The notes under the pieces were generated by a model that saw only the letters and a program-made list of their open reading frames with translations, did no database searches and was not told where the DNA came from. Of a stretch of DNA of 64,000 nt, positions 57,820 to 64,000 are shown in pieces. Each line of letters starts with the position of its first letter. Position 1 is the first letter of the stretch. The position numbers were made by a program, and so were the translations under genes. This DNA is from a virus (lineage: Duplodnaviria > Caudoviricetes): the IMG/VR virus record IMGVR_UViG_3300029305_003514, positions 1 through 64,000 of that record; one strand, 5' to 3'.

Positions 57820-59430
57820 TTATTTGTCAAGCACTTTCACATAATCATTCATAGTTAATTGTAAAAAACGATTTCGACCATAATAAGGGGAGGCTAAAGT
57901 ACCAACGCCAATAAACTCTCCATTATTATCCATAGTCTCCCATGACATATCATTCCACTTTACTAAAATAACTCCAGTATCTTCATCGACAATCTTTAAA
58001 TGTTTTTTACTAGAAAATGTTTCAACACTATAATTATTAGTTCTAATCAGTACCTTAACTGAGGGCCAGCCATTTCCACTAATTCTATTTAAAGCACTCA
58101 ACTGCTTTATAAGCTGATCATCCACTTGATCGGCGCTTATCTCGATGTCTGCCTCAATCTCACACTTAAATTCAATATCTTTTAAAACATCTTCAATAAC
58201 TCTCTTAAATTCTTCAAATTTATCCTTATCGATAAAAGCACCTGCGGCTAATGGATGTCCCTGACAAAGACATAATCCTGTTTTATTTGCTATCTCTAGA
58301 AAGTTATCAACTCCTACGGCTCTCATACTGCCCGCAAATTGATTTCCTCTATCACGCAAAATAAACAACGGTCTTTGATATATGCTCAAAAGTCTATTTC
58401 CTATTAATCCACTAATATCTCCATCGACATCACCAAGGAAAAAGAACATACATTTTTTATCTAACTGGCTTTCTCCTTGCTCTAATAAATCATCAATTAA
58501 AGAATCTACAAGATTATTTTGATTTTCCTTACATTTCTTTAATTCATTAACAAGATTATTAATCTCATACTCATCATCTGCAATAAATAAATTCAATGCT
58601 TTTTCATTTTCAGACATTCTCATGGCCGCATTAACAAGAGGCGCAATAGAAAACTGTATTGACTCCGTATTAAATTGATAATTACCTATCATTTTCTGAA
58701 CAATTGGATTTTTAAAATCCGCCAATCCCTTATTAACAATATATCTATTTTCAGGGCTTGCCATAGAACACATATCGGCGGTAATTCCTATAGCCCCATA
58801 TACCCATAGCATATCTGCATAATCTGTTAAATTCATATAATCTGCATATAACACATATTTTAAACAAACTCCCGCACCAGATAAATCTTCATTTGGATAA
58901 TCTACTGCAGAACTGACAAGCACAAATGGCACATCAGAATTGATAAGCTTATCTTCAACAATATGATGATCAAAAACAACTAACTCAACTCCTAAATCTG
59001 TAATTCTTTTATAAATTGCAGGGTCATTATTGAGGCTATCCACTATTATCATTACATCAATTCCATCTAAAAGAGATAAGTCAAAATCCTCAACACCATG
59101 TTTTTTGCCTTTATTGATAGTGTATACCACATCAGCACTTGACATTTCAAGATATTTTACAATAATTGCTGCAGCGCTAATACCATCTGCATCAACATCG
59201 CCCAAGACAAGAAATTTTTCTCCCATAGTAATCGCACCATCAATAATGGCATACGCTTCTTCTATCCCATTCATATCTTCAAAAGGAATCATTGCGTCTT
59301 CAGATGGATGTAAAAACTCCTGCAAATCTTCTATTCCTCTATCTCTAAGAAGAATATTTATAATTTCATCATTATACATACCATGACAATCATATTTCGC
59401 AGTTAAATTCTTAATCATAATTTTATTCAA
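57820..59430 (-). CDS. recJ: RecJ-like DHH ssDNA exonuclease
   Basis: GDVDADG, DHH, SGAGV, APLVNAAMR, GSMR and GHPLAAG. Confidence 0.9.
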   Translation of the reverse strand: MNKIMIKNLTAKYDCHGMYNDEIINILLRDRGIEDLQEFLHPSEDAMIPFEDMNGIEEAYAIIDGAITMGEKFLVLGDVDADGISAAAIIVKYLEMSSADVVYTINKGKKHGVEDFDLSLLDGIDVMIIVDSLNNDPAIYKRITDLGVELVVFDHHIVEDKLINSDVPFVLVSSAVDYPNEDLSGAGVCLKYVLYADYMNLTDYADMLWVYGAIGITADMCSMASPENRYIVNKGLADFKNPIVQKMIGNYQFNTESIQFSIAPLVNAAMRMSENEKALNLFIADDEYEINNLVNELKKCKENQNNLVDSLIDDLLEQGESQLDKKCMFFFLGDVDGDISGLIGNRLLSIYQRPLFILRDRGNQFAGSMRAVGVDNFLEIANKTGLCLCQGHPLAAGAFIDKDKFEEFKRVIEDVLKDIEFKCEIEADIEISADQVDDQLIKQLSALNRISGNGWPSVKVLIRTNNYSVETFSSKKHLKIVDEDTGVILVKWNDMSWETMDNNGEFIGVGTLASPYYGRNRFLQLTMNDYVKVLDK

Positions 59431-60439
59431 CTTCCTTATGCTCTACTAATTGTTCGTTTAAAATCTCTTCATATTTTTCCTTGCCCATATCTGTTGGGCT
59501 TGCTTTACTTGGAATATCAAGATCCAATGAAGCATCCCAATACCAAATATCAACATCTCTCATAGGAGCAAGAGATTTTAAAAATTTTATATTTTTAATT
59601 ATTTGTTCAAGTTCTAATCCTTCATCAAAAGCTATAATAATTTTCTTTGGCTGTAATTGTAAAATTGCTTTAGCCTGAAATTCACTTATATTATTTGATC
59701 CAATCCCAACAACATTCTTATGCCCAAATGTATAAGCTTGCATACATGCTTTTTCTGATTCTACAACTACTACATCATTTCCATATAAATATTGATAACA
59801 TTGCGAATAATTAAATAGAGAATATGAAATATTGCCACTAACTGGGTAATAGTATTTATTTACTCCGTCAATAACATTTCCATTATATCTACTCTTTATT
59901 GCAATAATTTGTCCTTTATCATTTCTCCATGGAAAAACTATGCCGTTATTTTCTACATCAAAACATACATCATATAGCCTTTGAGTTTCTAAAGAAATTC
60001 CATCTTTTAACCAAAGATTGTTACCTATTTTCAAATACTGATCCAATATTGATTCGTCATAGGTTTTTTGATCAATATTCCTTTTATTAATTATTTTAGA
60101 ATACACCCCGCCAAACAATTCTCTTCTTTCTGCGGGCTGCCAATCATCAGATAAATTCAAAACTCTTTTAATCGAATTTAAAACTGATTTGAAATTAGTA
60201 TTCTTTTCTTTTATTATATATGAAATAATATCCGCACGTTCTCCACGAACATAATCCATCACATTAAGATATTCATCATCTAATCTAATGTTTATATTTT
60301 GACCGCCGCTACTATTTCTGGCAAATCTTATATTATTATTGCGAATATTAATATGTTCAAAATCAAACTCTTCAAGGAGTGCGCGAATGCTCTCTGGATT
60401 ATTTAATAATTGTTTTTTTAATTCTTGGATCACACCCAC
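59423..60439 (-). CDS. dnaG: DnaG-like primase (TOPRIM)
   Basis: IVFPWRN, VVESEK and IAFDEG TOPRIM motifs; follows the helicase. Confidence 0.8.
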   Translation of the reverse strand: MGVIQELKKQLLNNPESIRALLEEFDFEHINIRNNNIRFARNSSGGQNINIRLDDEYLNVMDYVRGERADIISYIIKEKNTNFKSVLNSIKRVLNLSDDWQPAERRELFGGVYSKIINKRNIDQKTYDESILDQYLKIGNNLWLKDGISLETQRLYDVCFDVENNGIVFPWRNDKGQIIAIKSRYNGNVIDGVNKYYYPVSGNISYSLFNYSQCYQYLYGNDVVVVESEKACMQAYTFGHKNVVGIGSNNISEFQAKAILQLQPKKIIIAFDEGLELEQIIKNIKFLKSLAPMRDVDIWYWDASLDLDIPSKASPTDMGKEKYEEILNEQLVEHKEVE

Positions 60440-60453
60440 GTCACTCCTTTCGT

Positions 60454-62016
60454 TTATGAATTTATACTTTTATGAGTGGGTCTGCATTTTGCTGTTTCAT
60501 AAAAAGTACAATGATCGCCATCGTATCTAACTAAATATGCTACTCCAGAGTCTCCAGAGTCAATACCTCTACGACTCTTCTCTACAAATAAACACCTATA
60601 TACATTTTCTGGCTTAGGTAAAAAGGGTTCTTCCACCCAACCTTCATCCTTTTTTACACTTCTAAATGGTTTTAAATCATATACTCCTCCTTGAATTAAT
60701 TCATCAGGGTATACTTTTCTAAATAATATTAAATTAGATAAAACTTCTTTGACTGCCTTACTATTGCTAAGACAAAATGCATCCATCCACAATCTTCCAA
60801 GAGTATTGATTGCTAACTGAATTGTCATTAATCCAATAACATCATATCTTTTTGCAATTCCATCAAGCTCTTTACTATCTGCGACTAGCTGCAGCCAAAA
60901 ATTATCATTTGTTCCATTAGATGTTGTGATCTTAAATGTATCTACTAAGAAAGCACTAATGCCATCACGTTGAATATGCTTTTTTATAATACGGCAAGTT
61001 AATTTGGCATCTGCATCAGATAAAGCAACCATTTTAATTTGTTTTTCATAGTTTTCTCTCCAATATATTCTTGCCTTTTTAATCATTTCTTTATCTTCAT
61101 CTGTAAGATCACCACTTGCCAATTTCTTTTTTGGTAATTTATTATAATTAAAATAACGATATAGAATCCAAATTAAGAAACCTTGTTTAAAATCGCTCAA
61201 TCCCATTTCGTTACTTACAATTAAAATGCTTTGCCCATTTACTACGAGTGACATTAATATACCAATCATAAAAGTAGTTTTACCTACGCCAGAATGTGCT
61301 CCAAATGCAGACAATGTACCACTTTTGAGTCCTAGAATATTGTTAGATAAAAATGGGAAAGTTGAAATTTTATCTCCGTTTACATCTAAACCAGCATCGC
61401 CAAATGGTATTCCGACTTCTTCTCCAGATGCAAGTTTATTGATAAAATCTTCATCGAAATCAATATAGCCCTCTTCAATGATTTTATTTGAAGATACGGT
61501 TCCTAATACGCTTAATTGTCCCTCATAAAAATCCAATACTTCCTGTGCGGTAAGTTTATCAAACATCTCATAAGGGATTCTTTTCTTTCCATTTTCCAAT
61601 GTTATTTCATCAAAAAGATTAAATCCTTTTTCATATAAATTTAAGCAAATATTGCTTTTCCTAAGACTATCAAGATGTGCATCAAAATTCTTTATATTAC
61701 AAGAATCCGCAACATTTTGCATCTTTTTCCAACCGCCAAATGATTCAATGCCCTCTTTTTCACTTTCAGATGCGTGAGTTAATATAGTAACTTCATCTGC
61801 TACAGTACATCCACGATCTCTTAATCCTTTGAGAAGAGAAAATAAAAACCTGCCATCTTTTGTAATATAATCTGTTGGTTTCAACATAGAATCATCTAAT
61901 AGTAATAAATCATTAGCAATACAACCAATAGTATTGCCTTCGATTTCTCTTCTTCCCTTTAATAATTCTTTTCTATATTTATCATAAGCTCCAACAATAA
62001 AATCATCTTTCTTCAT
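60454..62016 (-). CDS. dnaB: DnaB-like replicative helicase
   Basis: AHSGVGKTT, SNEM, VDTFK, TIQL and EKSRRG. Confidence 0.88.
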   Translation of the reverse strand: MKKDDFIVGAYDKYRKELLKGRREIEGNTIGCIANDLLLLDDSMLKPTDYITKDGRFLFSLLKGLRDRGCTVADEVTILTHASESEKEGIESFGGWKKMQNVADSCNIKNFDAHLDSLRKSNICLNLYEKGFNLFDEITLENGKKRIPYEMFDKLTAQEVLDFYEGQLSVLGTVSSNKIIEEGYIDFDEDFINKLASGEEVGIPFGDAGLDVNGDKISTFPFLSNNILGLKSGTLSAFGAHSGVGKTTFMIGILMSLVVNGQSILIVSNEMGLSDFKQGFLIWILYRYFNYNKLPKKKLASGDLTDEDKEMIKKARIYWRENYEKQIKMVALSDADAKLTCRIIKKHIQRDGISAFLVDTFKITTSNGTNDNFWLQLVADSKELDGIAKRYDVIGLMTIQLAINTLGRLWMDAFCLSNSKAVKEVLSNLILFRKVYPDELIQGGVYDLKPFRSVKKDEGWVEEPFLPKPENVYRCLFVEKSRRGIDSGDSGVAYLVRYDGDHCTFYETAKCRPTHKSINS

Positions 62017-62017
62017 A

Positions 62018-62641
62018 TTACACCTCGTCTTCAAGAGCACTTAATCCTCTACGTTTTTTCTTAGAGGAAATAACAGGTTGATATATTTCACAGTCAACCT
62101 GAATTTTTACTGGCTCAGGATCAATCTGTTTGTTATAATTAGGTAAATCATTTTTTAGAATTGCAGAAAAATATCTAATACGAGGATATTCCTGGCCTTC
62201 TAGCCATTTAATTGCTTTTTCAAGACGATCCTTATTCTCCTGTAAATAAGCAAGAATTTTTTTATCATCATCACAAATATAACGCCACATCTTCATTTCT
62301 CTAAATAAAGCAGGGTTATTAATTCTATAACCAAAAATATTAGCTACTATTTCATAAACAGGATCTACTATATTAGGATTTTTATTTCCTTCTTTTTCAA
62401 TAATCTTCTGTTTTTCTTTTTTGCGCTGCATTTCTTTTTCGTAAGCTCTTTTGGTTTCTTCTAATTTTCTTTGCTTTTCTTCTTCTTTAATCCTTTTAGC
62501 TTCCTCTTCTTTTTTCTGCTTTTCAAAAATTTTTAGATTATATTCTTCTTCATTACAATAATAAAATTTGCCGCCACCAGTAGGTGCCTGAAAAGCATTT
62601 TCTTTATCTATTTGTTTACCACACCAACGACATTTTGGCAC
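62018..62641 (-). CDS. Zn-binding replication-associated protein (possible helicase loader)
   Basis: CRWC...YYC N-terminus and RYFSAILKN; directly upstream of the helicase. Confidence 0.5.
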   Translation of the reverse strand: MPKCRWCGKQIDKENAFQAPTGGGKFYYCNEEEYNLKIFEKQKKEEEAKRIKEEEKQRKLEETKRAYEKEMQRKKEKQKIIEKEGNKNPNIVDPVYEIVANIFGYRINNPALFREMKMWRYICDDDKKILAYLQENKDRLEKAIKWLEGQEYPRIRYFSAILKNDLPNYNKQIDPEPVKIQVDCEIYQPVISSKKKRRGLSALEDEV

Positions 62642-62656
62642 AATTCCACCTCCTAT

Positions 62657-62692
62657 AAAAAAACAAAGAGGAGGGGCATTCGCCCCTCCTTC
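62657..62692 (-). terminator. Intrinsic terminator
   Basis: gaggggc-attc-gcccctc, with a minus-strand T tract. Confidence 0.7.
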
Positions 62693-62696
62693 TATA

Positions 62697-63854
62697 TTAG
62701 GCCAGAGCCTCTAGTGCCTTATTTAGAATTTCGGCATCATGAACTTCATTGAGTTTACCACCAAGAATTTCCTTAACAATCTTCTTAGTATTTGCATCAG
62801 CTGCCTTATGAAGTTTACGAATCTGATCCTTGATAGCCTCTTCATCAAAATCATCTTCTAAATCAAAAGGGGCTTCGTCTTCATCGGAAGGATCAGGAAG
62901 ATTTGTAATTTCCTCTTCAATCTCCTCAAGCTCTTCCTTTTCGATTTCAGGTTCAGGTTCCTTTACAGGTGCGGGCTTCTTTGCCTTCTTAGGCTTAACT
63001 CCCTTAGAATTTATCTTTTCCTGAATAGCGTCTTCGACTGCCTTAATAAATACTTCTGCGCTTAGATCAATCTTATTAGTAATATATTCAAAATGAGACT
63101 TAGTATCAATAGCATTATCGTCATCTGCAAATACCATAACACGTTTTCTATCTACAAGATCACCAATTTTACCAACTTTCTTAGTAAATGCATTTGTCTT
63201 TTCTTCTACATTCTCAATATTGGACTCCCAATAACACATTGCAACAAGATTAACCTTATCCTTTAATGCATTATAATATTTATTATCCAAATTACAAGTT
63301 AACTGTTCGAACTGAATCTTAGTAATAATATCTTCTTTAGTCTTAGTTTTAGTGTGACCAATTTCAAGAATACTATATCCAGCTTCCTGCAACTTAATTA
63401 TCTGCTGAATCATCAAGGTAGTTACTCTATTTTCTCCACCCTGAAATCCCTTGTATGCCTGCTTAATGCTCTTAGCTTTTTCATTAATCTCACATGTTGC
63501 GTTCCATTCTGCTACAACATAATCTTCAATAATTCTTGCATATTCATCCAAACTATCAATTGCAACAAATTTAGTATCAGGATATGCATCTCTATTATCA
63601 CAAAGTTCTTTTACAATTTCTTTAAAAATCTTAAAGTTAGGTGCCGCGTCACCAAATGCGTCAGGAATATGTCTAGGTCTATTTTCACCACCGCATGTAA
63701 TAATGAACGTACCTTCATTACTACCAGTTATAATCTTTCCAATTTCATATACTAATGTAGTCTTACCAATACCGCCAACACCATTAATAATATAACTATA
63801 ATCTTCAAACTTTTCACTCATTTTGTAGGTTATACCAAATTTACGTTCAGCCAT
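62697..63854 (-). CDS. AAA_24 / Sak4-like ATPase (ssDNA annealing/recombination)
   Basis: GVGGIGKTT, AIDSLD and IGH motifs; acidic linker. Confidence 0.75.
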   Translation of the reverse strand: MAERKFGITYKMSEKFEDYSYIINGVGGIGKTTLVYEIGKIITGSNEGTFIITCGGENRPRHIPDAFGDAAPNFKIFKEIVKELCDNRDAYPDTKFVAIDSLDEYARIIEDYVVAEWNATCEINEKAKSIKQAYKGFQGGENRVTTLMIQQIIKLQEAGYSILEIGHTKTKTKEDIITKIQFEQLTCNLDNKYYNALKDKVNLVAMCYWESNIENVEEKTNAFTKKVGKIGDLVDRKRVMVFADDDNAIDTKSHFEYITNKIDLSAEVFIKAVEDAIQEKINSKGVKPKKAKKPAPVKEPEPEIEKEELEEIEEEITNLPDPSDEDEAPFDLEDDFDEEAIKDQIRKLHKAADANTKKIVKEILGGKLNEVHDAEILNKALEALA

Positions 63855-63871
63855 TTATATCATTCCCTTTC

Positions 63872-64000
63872 TTATAGATCTTCTTCATCTTCAACCTGTA
63901 CTACCTTAATAGCAGGGGCCATATCGGTAATATTAAAAGGAGTACACTCTGTCTTTCCCTTATTCTGACGCATATTCAAACCAGAAAATCTAAGCTCAGA
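63872..64000 (-). CDS. C-terminus of a probable ssDNA-binding protein (truncated by window edge)
   Basis: Acidic tail ...QVEDEEDL*, upstream of the Sak4-like gene. Confidence 0.4.
   Translation of the reverse strand, partial: SELRFSGLNMRQNKGKTECTPFNITDMAPAIKVVQVEDEEDL

Noticed and set aside
54599-62016. Inteins or introns in dnaE or dnaB (also checked nrdD and ligA)
   Set aside because: Protein lengths are normal, and no C/S...HN intein ends or frame interruptions were seen.
1-64000. Stop-codon reassignment or suppressor tRNA
   Set aside because: Long genes are intact in code 11 and end in TAA, TAG and TGA. The Leu anticodons UAG and UAA read CUA and UUA, so they are not suppressors.

Overview
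This window is a 64-kb piece of a large, AT-rich tailed phage or prophage of a Firmicutes (probably Clostridia-type) host, organised like SPbeta- or c-st-type siphoviruses. The + strand from 1 to about 20 kb carries the tail module: a tape measure gene split by a group I intron that encodes a Vsr-like homing endonuclease, then Dit, Tal, two fibre/receptor-binding proteins and a holin-like gene. At 20-24 kb an Arc-like repressor lies divergent from a wHTH plus tubulin (TubR/TubZ-like) operon, which converges on a large serine recombinase. The - strand from 24 to 64 kb carries early/middle genes. These cover nucleotide metabolism (dUTPase, a redoxin-type class III RNR module, ThyX, Gmk, FolD), NAD salvage (PnuC/NadR), RNA repair (PNK-HD, RNA ligase), a cluster of 10 tRNAs interleaved with structured non-coding segments, HU and a replisome (DnaE, RecJ, primase, DnaB). 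Three observations stand out. (1) An unannotated ArfA-like micro-protein has its stop codon inside tRNA-Ser, so RNase P processing would create a non-stop mRNA. (2) A roughly 460-nt structured RNA with seven tandem heptamers sits directly downstream of a coiled-coil gene whose ribosome-binding site carries the same heptamers. (3) A 15-bp motif recurs at least 12 times, mostly at early promoters. All calls come from reading the sequence by eye; no database searches were run.
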